From Ignavibacteriales bacterium (GTDB taxonomy: Bacteria > Bacteroidota > Ignavibacteria > Ignavibacteriales > Ignavibacteriaceae), in assembly GCA_016709155.1 (NCBI GenBank), contig JADJEI010000013.1:904093-968092 (forward strand): 64,000 bases of DNA, in the 5' to 3' direction. Positions 1-10,780 of this stretch are shown piece after piece. Each line of letters opens with the position of its first letter. The stretch's first letter is position 1. Under the pieces are notes generated by a model. It saw only the letters and a list, made by a program, of their open reading frames with translations. It was not told where the DNA came from and searched no databases. A program made the translations under genes and the position numbers.

Positions 1-1
1 T

Positions 2-781
2 TTTGCTCTCTCTGAACCGGAAGCAGGAAGTGATGCTACAAAACAAAAAACGACTGCTGATCGAAATGGTGATTTTTATATTTTAAATGGCATGAAAAAT
101 TGGATCACCAACGGAACTACAGCAGATTATGTTTTAGTTATGGCTACAACTGATAAGGAAAAAGCTCACCATGGAATTTCTACTTTATTGGTTGAACGCG
201 GTACCCCCGGATTTGATCATGGCAAAAAGGAAGATAAACTTGGTATCAGAAGTTCTGATACTTGCTCATTAACTTTTGAAAATTGTAAAGTTCCAAAAGA
301 AAATATAGTCTGGGAGGAAGGCAAGGGATTTAACTTTGCAATGAATACACTTAATGGCGGAAGAATCGGAATCGCATCGCAGGCTATCGGCATCGCTGAA
401 GCTTCGTTCGAAGCAGCATTGAAATATTCAAAAGAAAGAAAAGCATTCGGAACGATAATTTCAAATCATCAGGCAATTCAATTTAAACTTGCCGACATGG
501 CTGTAAAGATTGACGCAGCAAAGATGCTTACACTAAAAGCTGCCGCTATGAAAGATGCCGGTCAAAAATATTTTAAGGAAGCTGCGATGGCTAAACTTTA
601 CTCTTCCAAAATAGCGTTTGAATGTGCTTCGGAAGCGATTCAAATCCATGGTGGTTACGGCTATGTGAGAGAATATCTGGTAGAAAGATATCTTCGTGAT
701 TCAAAAATCACTGAAATTTATGAAGGCACAAATGAAATTCAGCGCGTCGTTATTGCAAGAGCATTATTAGATTCAAAATAA
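2..781 (+). CDS. acyl-CoA dehydrogenase, C-terminal part (5' end outside window)
   Basis: Frame open from base 2 (FALSEPEAGSDA...). ACAD-type motifs through ...IYEGTNEIQR. ORF track 92..781 is the part after an internal Met. Confidence 0.9.
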   Translation, partial: FALSEPEAGSDATKQKTTADRNGDFYILNGMKNWITNGTTADYVLVMATTDKEKAHHGISTLLVERGTPGFDHGKKEDKLGIRSSDTCSLTFENCKVPKENIVWEEGKGFNFAMNTLNGGRIGIASQAIGIAEASFEAALKYSKERKAFGTIISNHQAIQFKLADMAVKIDAAKMLTLKAAAMKDAGQKYFKEAAMAKLYSSKIAFECASEAIQIHGGYGYVREYLVERYLRDSKITEIYEGTNEIQRVVIARALLDSK

Positions 782-783
782 AA

Positions 784-1239
784 TTGAAATTGTTATTGAT
801 TTATATCTTTCTTCTGCTTCAATCTTTTTTAATCGCACAGAGTGATTGGAAAAAATGGGAAGCAGAAGAAATTTCTTATCAGCGAACTGATAATCATCGA
901 AGCCGTGATTATTCATTCGGATTTGAAAACATCTCTGATTTTAGCGTCAAAATTTTTACTAATTCTTATTGGTTTTTTATTTCAGAGGTGGATGGAGACA
1001 ATTGTCCTTACAGCCCGTCCTGTTCTGCATTTTTTGTGGCTTCGGTAAAAGAGACTAATCCCGCTCAAGGTTTGCTGATGTTTTTTGATCGCTTTACACG
1101 CGACTTTAATATTTTCAATCGCAAATCTCACTATCCTCGTATTCTTGACGGTCATTACTTCGACCCACCTTCGCTTTATACTTTGGAAGAATCAAAAATA
1201 AAATATACACCACCTGTCCTTTTAACCTCCGATAAATGA
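784..1239 (+). CDS. secreted protein with YidD-like (haemolytic-domain-like) Cys motif, tentative
   Basis: TTG start, N-terminal signal-like segment. CPYSPSCSAFF resembles the YidD CxxxPSCSxY core, but the rest of the family signature is not obvious. Confidence 0.4.
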   Translation: MKLLLIYIFLLLQSFLIAQSDWKKWEAEEISYQRTDNHRSRDYSFGFENISDFSVKIFTNSYWFFISEVDGDNCPYSPSCSAFFVASVKETNPAQGLLMFFDRFTRDFNIFNRKSHYPRILDGHYFDPPSLYTLEESKIKYTPPVLLTSDK

Positions 1240-2098
1240 AAATATTTTTTTTAATTGCGCTATTTACATTTAGCTTAATATTTGTAAAAAATTTATCAGC
1301 ACAAAATGAATTGCATTCTCCCAAAAATGTAAAATTATTTGCTGATTATATTTTCTGCGAAAAAGATTACTTGCGCGCTGCCGGGGAATATCAAAAATTA
1401 GATGGGGAGGGTATGAGTGACACCGTTGCCTATAAAATTGCTCTATCCTACTCAATTACTCAAGACTTTGATAAAGCAATAGAATCATTTAATAAAATAG
1501 AGGCTAAATCACTTTTCTATGAATTGTCGTTGCTCCAATTAATGAAAATCAAATTTCTACTTAATAACAAAATGGAATTAGAGCGAACCGTAAACCTCAA
1601 TTTCCCATTCTTTAATAATAATGTGAAGCGAGCGGCAATGAAATTAACATTGCTTTCAAATTTGAAACTGACTCCTGATTTTTTGAATGAAACAGATTTT
1701 TATCAGCCTTCGAAGACTCCGAAAAAGTTTCAGCAAAATATTTATTTGATTTAAGAACTGATCCGCCATACAGAAGTTCTTTTACTGCAGGAATTTTATC
1801 TGCTATTATTCCCGGCGCCGGAAAATTTTATGTTGATGAAATCGGCGATGGAATAATGGCTTTACTTACTACAGGGATATTTGCCTTTTTATCTTACGAT
1901 AACTTTAGAGCAAATCATGATTTTAGAGGATGGTTATTTGCAGGCATAAGTTCGCTTTTTTATGCGGGTAATATTTATGGTTCGGTTGCGGCTGCACAAA
2001 TTTATAACTCGCGTGTTGATTATGAATTTGGGGTAAACCTAAATTTATTCCTCGAAGACAACAATTTTTTTATTCCACAGACTAACTTTTGCAAATAA
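1236..2098 (+). CDS. TPR-like protein with C-terminal PG(A/L)G(K/Q)FY membrane module; apparent frameshift at T-run 1697..1701
   Basis: ORFs 1236..1754 and 1856..2098 lie in different frames. One extra T at 1697..1701 gives NETDFLSAFEDSEKV...ILSAIIPGAGKFYVDE, parallel to the paralogue 2103..2945. Confidence 0.5.
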
Positions 2099-2102
2099 TT
2101 TA

Positions 2103-2945
2103 ATGCGATGTTTTAACCGATTAATTGTTTTTGTAATTCTGATATTTTTAACCTGTAGTTCTTTTTCTCAAACGATTTACGAAAATCAATTCGAACTTGC
2201 TAAAAATTTGATGGGTAAGAAAAAATATTTCGATGCAATTACAGAATTCAAGCGATTAATATTTTTTGAAAAAGACAGTGGAAATATTTATTCGAATTAT
2301 TCTCTTCTTGGCGATTGCTACAAAGCGGGTGCAAAGTTGGATGAATCAATTTATTACTACACTTTGTCCGAAATAAATTCAAAAACTTCAGAGCAGATTT
2401 ATGATGCACAAATAAAAATCATCCGCAGTAATATTTTACGGAGAACTACTAACCGGGCATTAACTTTACTCGATTCTCTGGAAGCGAATAAAAATTATCC
2501 TGATAAAATTGATGAAATAAATTACTGGCGAGGCTGGGCTTTTATTTTTTCTGATGACTGGGAAGCTGCTTCTGCTGAATTTTCTAAAGTAGATTCAGCA
2601 AAGCAACTCGAAGAATTTTGCAGACTGACTGATAATAAACTTTACTCAGTACTGCTCGTTAAAGCAATGTCTTTCGTTTTACCGGGGCTGGGGCAATTTT
2701 ATACTGGCAATTACGTTAGCGGCATAATATCGTTTGCCTGGAATGTACTTTGGGGATACACTGCAATAAAAGCCTTTGCAGCCGATCGGGTTTTTGACGG
2801 TCTTATGGTTTCCAATTTTTTATGGTTCAGATTTTATCGCGGTAATTTTGAAAATGCCGAAAAGTTTGCCGAAGCTGATAACTTGATCGAGACCAATAAT
2901 GCATTAAAATGGCTTCAAAATGAATTTACTGGTACAAAACCTTAA
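2103..2945 (+). CDS. TPR-like lipoprotein/membrane protein, paralogue of 1236..2098
   Basis: Signal/lipobox-like N-terminus (LTCSS), helical repeat region, C-terminal LPGLGQFYTGNY membrane segment. Confidence 0.6.
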   Translation: MRCFNRLIVFVILIFLTCSSFSQTIYENQFELAKNLMGKKKYFDAITEFKRLIFFEKDSGNIYSNYSLLGDCYKAGAKLDESIYYYTLSEINSKTSEQIYDAQIKIIRSNILRRTTNRALTLLDSLEANKNYPDKIDEINYWRGWAFIFSDDWEAASAEFSKVDSAKQLEEFCRLTDNKLYSVLLVKAMSFVLPGLGQFYTGNYVSGIISFAWNVLWGYTAIKAFAADRVFDGLMVSNFLWFRFYRGNFENAEKFAEADNLIETNNALKWLQNEFTGTKP

Positions 2946-3069
2946 TTTTTTTTCAGAAGTTTTTATCTTAAAAAAATTCTAATTAAATGTTATATTCATT
3001 TTTAAGAATTATAAAATATTATAGTTGCTTGCAGAAATTCCCTTATTTAAACACCAAATTGGAGATTAA

Positions 3070-3687
3070 ATGAAGAATAAAGGTCTAATAATCGGTTTAT
3101 CAATTGTCGGAGTAATATTGCTTGCAATATTTATGATGATCATGTGGGGAGTAGGCGTTTATAATAATATGGTCACGCTTAACGAATCTGTTACTAAAAG
3201 CTGGGGGCAGGTTGAAAACCAGTATCAGCGAAGAGCCGATCTAATTCCAAATCTTGTAAACACTGTTAAAGGTTATGCTGATTTTGAACAGAAAGTTTTG
3301 ACTGATGTGATTGAAGCGCGCTCAAAAGTTAGTCAATTCAATATTACACCAGAAGTTTTGAATGATCCTGCTGCGTTTCAAAAATTTCAATCGCTTCAAG
3401 GAGAGTTGAGTGGCGCACTTTCAAGATTATTAGTTACAGTTGAAAATTATCCCAACCTAAAAGCAAACGAGGGATTCCTGAATCTACAGGCTCAGCTTGA
3501 GGGAACTGAAAATCGGATTACGGTTGAGCGAAAAAATTTCAATGAATCTGTACTAACTTATAATACCTCTATAAAGAAATTCCCTGCATCATTTTTAGCC
3601 GGAATGTTTGGCTTCAACGAGAAACAATATTTTAAATCTCAGGCAGGAAGTGAAAATGCACCCAAAGTTGATTTCGGTACTCGATGA
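3070..3687 (+). CDS. lemA: LemA family protein
   Basis: N-terminal TM helix followed by the LemA-type sequence NxxVxLxExVxxxWxQVENQYQRRADLIPNLV. Confidence 0.9.
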   Translation: MKNKGLIIGLSIVGVILLAIFMMIMWGVGVYNNMVTLNESVTKSWGQVENQYQRRADLIPNLVNTVKGYADFEQKVLTDVIEARSKVSQFNITPEVLNDPAAFQKFQSLQGELSGALSRLLVTVENYPNLKANEGFLNLQAQLEGTENRITVERKNFNESVLTYNTSIKKFPASFLAGMFGFNEKQYFKSQAGSENAPKVDFGTR

Positions 3688-4385
3688 GAATTTTGCTCTT
3701 CGTTCTTGTTAGTTCGTTAATAGTTTTTGCTCAGCCCAAAATCCCTGAACTTAAAATGTGGGCAACTGACCAGACAAAAACTCTAAAATCTGATGAACTT
3801 TCGAACTTAAACTCTCGCTTAAAAACGTACGAGGACACTACTTCAAATCAGTTGATTACTTTGATGATCGCCTCACTCGAGGGTTATCCAATTGAAGACT
3901 ATTCTCACGAAGCTGCTTCAAAAAATAAAATTGGAACTGAAAAACACGACAATGGTGTTTTACTTCTTGTTGTTAAAGACGATAGAAAACTCCGCATTGA
4001 AGTTGGATATGGATTAGAAGGCGCACTGCCCGATGCTCTTGCAAGCTCAATTATCCGAAATGTCATTGTACCAAAGTTCAAAAACAATGAATACTATGCA
4101 GGCATTAGTGATGGCATCAATGCAATCATTGCAACAATTGCAGGCGAATATAAAGCTGAACCTGATGATGATTCTGACGGAGGCGGTTCAATTATTTTTA
4201 CAGTCTTTGTAATTATATTTATTATTATTATTCTTTTTGGAAAATCAACCGGTGGAAAATCAGGCGGATTTTATTATGGTGGAAGTTCAGGAAGCGGCGG
4301 TTTTTCCAGCGGAGGATTTTCAAGCGGTGGATTTAGCGGAGGCGGTGGTTCATTCGGCGGAGGTGGTGCAAGTGGGAGCTGGTAA
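3684..4385 (+). CDS. TPM-domain (YgcG-like) protein with Gly/Ser-rich tail
   Basis: ATGA overlap with lemA (a common pairing). TPM-like core, TM helix, GGFSSGGFSGGGG tail. Confidence 0.85.
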   Translation: MRILLFVLVSSLIVFAQPKIPELKMWATDQTKTLKSDELSNLNSRLKTYEDTTSNQLITLMIASLEGYPIEDYSHEAASKNKIGTEKHDNGVLLLVVKDDRKLRIEVGYGLEGALPDALASSIIRNVIVPKFKNNEYYAGISDGINAIIATIAGEYKAEPDDDSDGGGSIIFTVFVIIFIIIILFGKSTGGKSGGFYYGGSSGSGGFSSGGFSSGGFSGGGGSFGGGGASGSW

Positions 4386-4471
4386 AAACTTTATAATTGG
4401 ATTGAGTATGAAAAATTATATTCATATTTTTAGATTAAACAATTAGATAATTAAAATTATTATTGAAATAA

Positions 4472-4812
<341 letters not shown>

Positions 4813-4834
4813 AATTTAGAATTTAGTTTTATTA

Positions 4835-4866
4835 ATGCCCGGTAAAAAGAAGCCGGGCATTTTTTA
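4835..4866 (+). terminator. rho-independent terminator
   Basis: ATGCCCGG / CCGGGCAT stem followed by a T-run. Confidence 0.75.
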
Positions 4867-5035
4867 TTTCAATTCAGAGAAAATTCAACCCTCAATTTCT
4901 CACTTCTGATAAATTCTCAATAAATCATTCATTCTATCCTTCTTTTTTTCTAATAGTTCAATCTTTACACTTGACTTCTTCTGGTACGATTTTAGTCATT
5001 ATTTGTGAAATATAATTTGAACAATTGGAGTTATA

Positions 5036-5305
5036 ATGGCTTATAAAATAACTGAAGAATGTATCAACTGCGGTGCTTGCGAACCAGAATGCCCGAACAA
5101 TTCAATATATGAAGGCGGCAATAACTGGGAAATAAATGGCGCTTCATTTGGCGAAAACGACGCTGCTCCTTCGGGTGCAACAGGTTTTTACTCGGGTGAC
5201 TACTATTATATTGTTCCCGATAAATGCACAGAATGTCAAGGCTTTCACGATGAACCTCAATGTGTCAGCGTTTGTCCGGTTGATGCAGTTGTACATATAA
5301 ATTAA
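5036..5305 (+). CDS. 4Fe-4S ferredoxin
   Basis: [12 protein letters not shown] and [18 protein letters not shown] cluster motifs. Confidence 0.9.
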   Translation: MAYKITEECINCGACEPECPNNSIYEGGNNWEINGASFGENDAAPSGATGFYSGDYYYIVPDKCTECQGFHDEPQCVSVCPVDAVVHIN

Positions 5306-5360
5306 TATTTTTCGGGAGAATGGGGAATTTTTCAGGGGACCTTTCTAAATAGAACACGCA

Positions 5361-5400
5361 AAAAGGATGGGCATAAATAGTGCTCATCCTTTTTCGTTTT
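5361..5400 (+). terminator. rho-independent terminator (one mismatch in stem)
   Basis: AAAAGGATGGGCA ... TGCTCATCCTTTT hairpin followed by a T-rich tail. Confidence 0.6.
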
Positions 5401-5470
5401 AAATACTTCGAGACTTTATCCTTTCTTTTTACTTGATTAAATTGTTCTTAAAATTTAATCAATTCCTTAA

Positions 5471-6337
5471 ATGAAAATCGGTAAATATAAATTAAGTCTT
5501 TTTGTTAGCGGTTATTTTTCGTTAGACGGCGGCGCTATGTTTGGCATTATTCCTAAACCATTGTGGAGTAAAACAAATCCTACAGATGAGCAAAATCGAG
5601 TGAGACTTGCCACGAGGCATTTAATCCTTCAGTCTGATAACAGAAATATTATTATAGATACAGGAATGGGAAATAAATGGGATGATAAATCCAAAAGCAT
5701 TTACAATATTGACTCAACTCATGAACTTGAACATGAACTTGAAGATGAACTTGAACTTGAACCTGAACTCAATAACATATCCGCAGCCTCCATCACTGAT
5801 GTACTATTAACTCACCTTCATTTTGATCATACCGGTGGCTCAACAAAAATTGAAAACGGAAAATTGATTCCGACTTTTCCTAATGCAAAATACTATGTGC
5901 AGAAAAAAAATTATGATTGGGCAGTCAATCCATCCGATAGGGATAAGGGCAGCTACATAAAAGAGAATTTTGAACCTTTAATGAAGGAAGGCGTTCTCCA
6001 TTTTATTAATGGCGAAGAGCAGTTTGATGATGAAATTAGTTTCATACTCGTAAATGGTCATACTTTTTATCAACAGCTTATAAAAATATCTGATGGCGAC
6101 AATACTTTTCTCTTTGTATGCGATTTGCTGCCTTTTGCATCTCACATTCCCTTGCCATATATAATGGGCTACGACCTTCAACCGCTGGTGACGTTAAATG
6201 AAAAGAAAATAATATTAAAGCAGGCGGTGGATGAAAATTGGAAATTATTTTTCTACCATGATCCCGAAATTGCGTATGCGACTTTAATGCAAACTGATAA
6301 AGGCATTCGAGTGCAAGAAAAGTTCTCTGCTTTATGA
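5471..6337 (+). CDS. MBL-fold metallo-hydrolase
   Basis: HLHFDHTGG metal-binding motif. Contains an acidic HELEHELEDELELEPEL insert. Confidence 0.85.
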   Translation: MKIGKYKLSLFVSGYFSLDGGAMFGIIPKPLWSKTNPTDEQNRVRLATRHLILQSDNRNIIIDTGMGNKWDDKSKSIYNIDSTHELEHELEDELELEPELNNISAASITDVLLTHLHFDHTGGSTKIENGKLIPTFPNAKYYVQKKNYDWAVNPSDRDKGSYIKENFEPLMKEGVLHFINGEEQFDDEISFILVNGHTFYQQLIKISDGDNTFLFVCDLLPFASHIPLPYIMGYDLQPLVTLNEKKIILKQAVDENWKLFFYHDPEIAYATLMQTDKGIRVQEKFSAL

Positions 6338-6669
6338 GCATAAAAAATGATTTCTACAAAGTCTGTTCTATAAAAGAACTAAAAGAGGAAGTTGGCAAAA
6401 GATTTTTAGTCAACGATATTGATATCGCCGTGTTCAAAATAAAAGATGAAGTGTTTGCTGTTTCAAATAACTGCCCCCATCAGCATACACAAATGATTTA
6501 TGATGGACTGATAGAGGATAATTGTGTCGTTTGCCCGGCGCATGGCTGGATGTTCGATTTGAAAACCGGATGTCTGCCAACAGGCGCAAAAGGATTGAGA
6601 ACTTTCCCCGTTATCATTTCTGGCGATGATGTTTTTGTTAAAGTGGATCGGAAAGAATTAAACTGGTGA
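6334..6669 (+). CDS. Rieske [2Fe-2S] domain protein (NirD-like small subunit type)
   Basis: CPHQH ... CPAHGW Rieske ligand motifs. ATGA overlap with the upstream gene. Confidence 0.8.
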   Translation: MSIKNDFYKVCSIKELKEEVGKRFLVNDIDIAVFKIKDEVFAVSNNCPHQHTQMIYDGLIEDNCVVCPAHGWMFDLKTGCLPTGAKGLRTFPVIISGDDVFVKVDRKELNW

Positions 6670-7622
6670 ATGAAAATATCTCCCCCTTGCTGCCCGATCG
6701 TGTTACAAATGATGTTGTTATCAGCAAAGCTAAATCATTGGGCTTTAGTTTAGTTGGTTTTGCAGAAGTGGAATTGCTCACTAACGAAATTACAAACCTA
6801 AATGACTGGCTGAATCAAAATCATCAAGCTGGAATGAATTACATGCAAAAAAATTCTGATAAGCGTGAAGACATTTCTAAAATACTTCCTGATGCCAAAA
6901 GCGTTATTTCTCTCGGTATGAATTACTACACGAATAATCTGCATTCAAACCAAAAGGGGATGGGAAAAGTATCGCGCTACGCCTGGGGAAAGGATTATCA
7001 TCTCATTATCTGGGAAAAGCTGAATGAGTTTGAAAATTACCTTCAACAAATTGATAAAAAATTCAACTCTAAATCCTATGTTGATACTGGTCCTGTTATG
7101 GATAAAGCCTGGGCTGTTCGTTCCGGCATTGGATGGATGGGGAAGCACTCAAACATTATCAATCGTGAATATGGCAGTTGGTTCTTCATCGCAAATATAA
7201 TTTGTAATCAGGAATTTATTTACTCGGAGCCGATACCTGATTTCTGCGGCGAGTGCACTGCCTGCATTGATGCCTGTCCCACCGATGCAATCATTCAGAA
7301 TTATGTTGTGGATGCGAACAAATGTATTTCATATTTAACCATTGAAAATAAAGGCAGCATTGATACATCTTTCAAAGATAAATTTGATAACTGGCTTTTC
7401 GGATGTGATATTTGTCAGGATGTTTGTCCGTGGAATATTAAATTTGCTCAGGAAACTTCTTTAAAAGAATTTCAACCCGCAGATGGCAACGGAGAAATAG
7501 AATTGAATAGCATTTTGGAAATGAGCGAAGAAGATTTTAAAAAAAGATTTTCAAGCAGCCCGATAAGTCGTGCAAAGCTAAAAGGACTAAAACGTAATGC
7601 TGAATTTTTAAACGATATATAA
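6666..7622 (+). CDS. queG: tRNA epoxyqueuosine(34) reductase
   Basis: GTG start. SRYAWGKDYH, DTGPVMDKAWA..GIGWMGKH, CGxCxACIDACPT and GCDICQDVCPWN motifs. Confidence 0.9.
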   Translation: MNENISPLLPDRVTNDVVISKAKSLGFSLVGFAEVELLTNEITNLNDWLNQNHQAGMNYMQKNSDKREDISKILPDAKSVISLGMNYYTNNLHSNQKGMGKVSRYAWGKDYHLIIWEKLNEFENYLQQIDKKFNSKSYVDTGPVMDKAWAVRSGIGWMGKHSNIINREYGSWFFIANIICNQEFIYSEPIPDFCGECTACIDACPTDAIIQNYVVDANKCISYLTIENKGSIDTSFKDKFDNWLFGCDICQDVCPWNIKFAQETSLKEFQPADGNGEIELNSILEMSEEDFKKRFSSSPISRAKLKGLKRNAEFLNDI

Positions 7623-7711
7623 AAATCTTTTTAATAATGATTTGAAACTATAAACATTAATTTGAATCTAACCATCAATCATAAAAAATATTTTAATCAT
7701 CAGGAGAAATA

Positions 7712-8659
7712 ATGTCGAACAATCATCACAAAGTAATAATAATTGGTTCGGGTCCATCAGGTTTTACAGCCGCCTTATATACGGCACGCGCCGAATTAAA
7801 GCCCGTAGTTTTTGAAGGAATGCAGCCCGGCGGACAGTTAACTATTACAACCGAAGTTGAAAACTATCCCGGCTTCGAAAAAGGAATTATGGGTCCGGAA
7901 CTTATGGACGTTATGCGTAAGCAAGCCCACCGCTTTGGTGCAGTTAGTATCTATAAAGAAGTAACATCAGTGGATTTTTCAAGACGACCTTTCGTAATCA
8001 AAACTTACGATGATCTCTATACTGCCGATTCGGTTATTGTTTCAACGGGTGCTTCTGCAAGACTGCTTGGATTGGAAAGTGAAACAAAATATATGGGCTA
8101 TGGTGTTTCTGCCTGTGCTACGTGTGATGGATTTTTCTTTAAAGGATTAAAAGTAATTGTTGTAGGTGGTGGTGATACTGCAATGGAGGAGGCTAACTTC
8201 CTCACAAAGTTTGCAAGCGAAGTGACTATCATTCACAGGCGTAATGAATTCCGCGCATCAAAAATTATGTATGATCGTGCAAAGAAAAATTCCAAAATAA
8301 AATTGCTCACCAACGAAGTGGTTAAAGAAGTACTTGGCAAAGAAGAAAACGGCAAGAAAGTGATGACGGGAGTTCTTCTCGAAGACACGAAAGATCACGC
8401 TACCACCACCCTCGAAGCAGATGGATTGTTCATCGGTATCGGACATAAACCAAACACGGAATTATTTAAGGGGGTGCTTGATATGGATGAGAACGGTTAC
8501 CTGAAAGTTCAGCCCGGCTCGACTTATACAAACATTCCAGGTGTCTTTGCCGCCGGAGATGTCGCTGACCATAAATATCGCCAAGCCGTCACCGCCGCCG
8601 GTACAGGCTGCATGGCTGCCCTCGATTGCGAGCGCTGGCTGGAAGCACAAGAAGCTTAA
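7712..8659 (+). CDS. trxB: thioredoxin-disulfide reductase
   Basis: GSGPSG FAD motif, redox-active CATCDG, GGGDTAMEEA NADPH motif. Confidence 0.95.
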   Translation: MSNNHHKVIIIGSGPSGFTAALYTARAELKPVVFEGMQPGGQLTITTEVENYPGFEKGIMGPELMDVMRKQAHRFGAVSIYKEVTSVDFSRRPFVIKTYDDLYTADSVIVSTGASARLLGLESETKYMGYGVSACATCDGFFFKGLKVIVVGGGDTAMEEANFLTKFASEVTIIHRRNEFRASKIMYDRAKKNSKIKLLTNEVVKEVLGKEENGKKVMTGVLLEDTKDHATTTLEADGLFIGIGHKPNTELFKGVLDMDENGYLKVQPGSTYTNIPGVFAAGDVADHKYRQAVTAAGTGCMAALDCERWLEAQEA

Positions 8660-8732
8660 ATATTTTTGGAATCAACTTCCAATTGCATTGTCATTGAAGG
8701 AATTGGTATTGGTGAAAATAGAATTGAATTCC

Positions 8733-8800
8733 AAGGCTGTTCAGAAATGGACAGCCTTTTTTACTTTTTAATTGACAACTTTAATAAATTTCTTTAAGTT
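8733..8800 (+). promoter_or_regulatory. terminator hairpin (GGCTGT..ACAGCC + T-run) followed by TTGACA-N17-TAAGTT promoter; copy 1 of a 4-copy module
   Basis: TTGACA 8772..8777, TAAGTT 8795..8800, 17-nt spacer. Near-identical modules at 10688, 12443 and 15148. Confidence 0.6.
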
Positions 8801-8885
8801 GTGATCAGTCTTATAATCATTGCGATTATCTGAATTATTTTGTTTCTTAATTAACCCAATCATCATCAATTAAAGGAGTCTTTAT

Positions 8886-10631
8886 ATGAGGTATAATATT
8901 CAGTTTAACCTGCGGACAGTTTTTTATGTCCTCTTTCTGTTTCTCTTGCTTCCGATATTCTCAATTGCACAGACAACACAATTACCATATCACATCAAAC
9001 CATATTCAATGGAGTCTGGAGTGTTTAATGGTAATTTCGAGATCGAGGCTACTGAGAATATTGCATTTGATGGCGTTGTGCAAGTTGCAGATGCCCCCTG
9101 GTTAAAATTGACATTTAGTAGTGCCAATCTTGGTGAAGATAGTTATTTAATACTTCGTTCCGTACTGGATGGCAAGTGGCAAAGACTCAATGCTGTTGCT
9201 TTAGAGCAGTGGCAAAACTCAAGCGCATTTTTTAATGGGGATGCTGTTGAAATAGAATTACATGTTGCCGATGATGATAAAGGTGTGTACGTGAACATCG
9301 CCGATATCATAGTTGGTGAACAGGTACAGGAATATGGTGTAGAAAGTCAATGCGGTCCCACAGATGATCGAGTAGCTTCTTCAGATGATAGAGCCTGCAG
9401 ATTATTAAATATTGGATGTACAGCGTGGTTGATCACTAATGGAAAACTTGTTTCGGCAGGACATTGTGTGTCTTCAAATTCATTGTTAAATACTCTTGAA
9501 TTTAATGTTCCTCCTTCCTTAGCAAATGGAACATTGCAGCATCCCGGGCCTGAAGATCAATATGCAGTAAACACTGCTACAAAAGTTTTTTCAAATGGTG
9601 GAATTGGAAATGATTGGGGAGTATTTGAAGCTTTTCCGAATTCAAATACAGGTTTAACACCATTGCAGGCACAAGGTGTAGCTTTCACCGTTGTTCAAAA
9701 TTTGGGACCGAGCACAATTAGAATAACCGGTTATGGAGTTGATGGTGGCACAGCAAATCAAACGCAGCAAACATCAATAGGGCCAAACGCCGGTTCATCA
9801 GGAACTACCATGCGATATGTGTGCGATACTGAAGGTGGTAATTCCGGCAGTCCCATAATTGATGAAGCTACCGGCAATTCGGTGGGGGTTCATACAAATG
9901 GTGGGTGTACGACAGGTGGTTCCGGCAGTAACTCTGGCACGAGTGCTTTTAATACTGCTTTCTGGAATGCGCTTAATGCAGGCAGTACTAATCCAAATGT
10001 AACTTGTACTATCACACTCAATCCCACATCAGGGAATGGAACACTCGCTTACACTATGTCCATCACAAACAACGAAGCCACAAATCAAGCTGCTACCGTT
10101 TGGGTAGTGGTAACAGGACCAAATGGATTTAACCAGACAATTTTCAATCGGACTATGAACCTGAAGTCGAACAGAACACTGAATAGATCTAGAAATTATA
10201 CTATCCCTGTTTCTGATCTCGGAGCATTTACATTTACTATAAATGTTGGAACTAATCCAACTCCTATCTGGGATACGGATGCGAAGATTTATACTAAAAC
10301 ATCTCTTGAAAAACAGATTGTTGAATCAGCAGAAAACTTAACTTCAAATCCTGAAAACATGACATTGATCGGTAATTACCCCAACCCTTTCAACCCGACA
10401 ACAAACATTAAATATGCCTTAAACGAAGACGCAAGTGTTTCAATTAAGATATACAATTCTTTGGGGCAGGAAGTTGCAACACTCGTTGATGGCTTTGCAT
10501 CAGCAGGTTATTACGAGGCTGTTTGGGATGGAAGAAATGAATTTGGTGATCTGGTCTCCAGCGGAATTTATTTTTATAGAATGACCACAGGCAATTTTGT
10601 ACAAGTTAAAAAGATGTTACTGAATAAATAG
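8886..10631 (+). CDS. secreted trypsin-like (S1) serine peptidase with T9SS C-terminal sorting domain
   Basis: Signal peptide. Triad contexts SAGHCV, GNDWGVF, GGNSGSPI. C-terminal NYPNPFNPTTNIKY...GIYFYRM tail. Confidence 0.8.
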   Translation: MRYNIQFNLRTVFYVLFLFLLLPIFSIAQTTQLPYHIKPYSMESGVFNGNFEIEATENIAFDGVVQVADAPWLKLTFSSANLGEDSYLILRSVLDGKWQRLNAVALEQWQNSSAFFNGDAVEIELHVADDDKGVYVNIADIIVGEQVQEYGVESQCGPTDDRVASSDDRACRLLNIGCTAWLITNGKLVSAGHCVSSNSLLNTLEFNVPPSLANGTLQHPGPEDQYAVNTATKVFSNGGIGNDWGVFEAFPNSNTGLTPLQAQGVAFTVVQNLGPSTIRITGYGVDGGTANQTQQTSIGPNAGSSGTTMRYVCDTEGGNSGSPIIDEATGNSVGVHTNGGCTTGGSGSNSGTSAFNTAFWNALNAGSTNPNVTCTITLNPTSGNGTLAYTMSITNNEATNQAATVWVVVTGPNGFNQTIFNRTMNLKSNRTLNRSRNYTIPVSDLGAFTFTINVGTNPTPIWDTDAKIYTKTSLEKQIVESAENLTSNPENMTLIGNYPNPFNPTTNIKYALNEDASVSIKIYNSLGQEVATLVDGFASAGYYEAVWDGRNEFGDLVSSGIYFYRMTTGNFVQVKKMLLNK

Positions 10632-10687
10632 TTCCATCTTAAAAAAGAGGTCGTCTTTTCAAAAGATGACATCTTTGATTTTTGACA

Positions 10688-10751
10688 AAGGCTGTTCAGC
10701 AATGGGCAGCCTTTTTTATTAGTTGACAATAGCAATTTTTATCCTTAAGTT
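10688..10751 (+). promoter_or_regulatory. terminator + TTGACA-N17-TAAGTT promoter module, copy 2
   Basis: AAGGCTGTTCAGCAATGGGCAGCCTTTTTT, then TTGACA 10723..10728 and TAAGTT 10746..10751. Confidence 0.6.
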
Positions 10752-10780
10752 ACAAACAAAAATATTTAGGGATAAAAAAA

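Noticed and set aside
4237-4446. ORF overlapping the Gly/Ser-rich tail of the TPM protein
   Set aside because: It is an alternative-frame reading of a low-complexity GGN repeat, and the TPM frame is the supported one.
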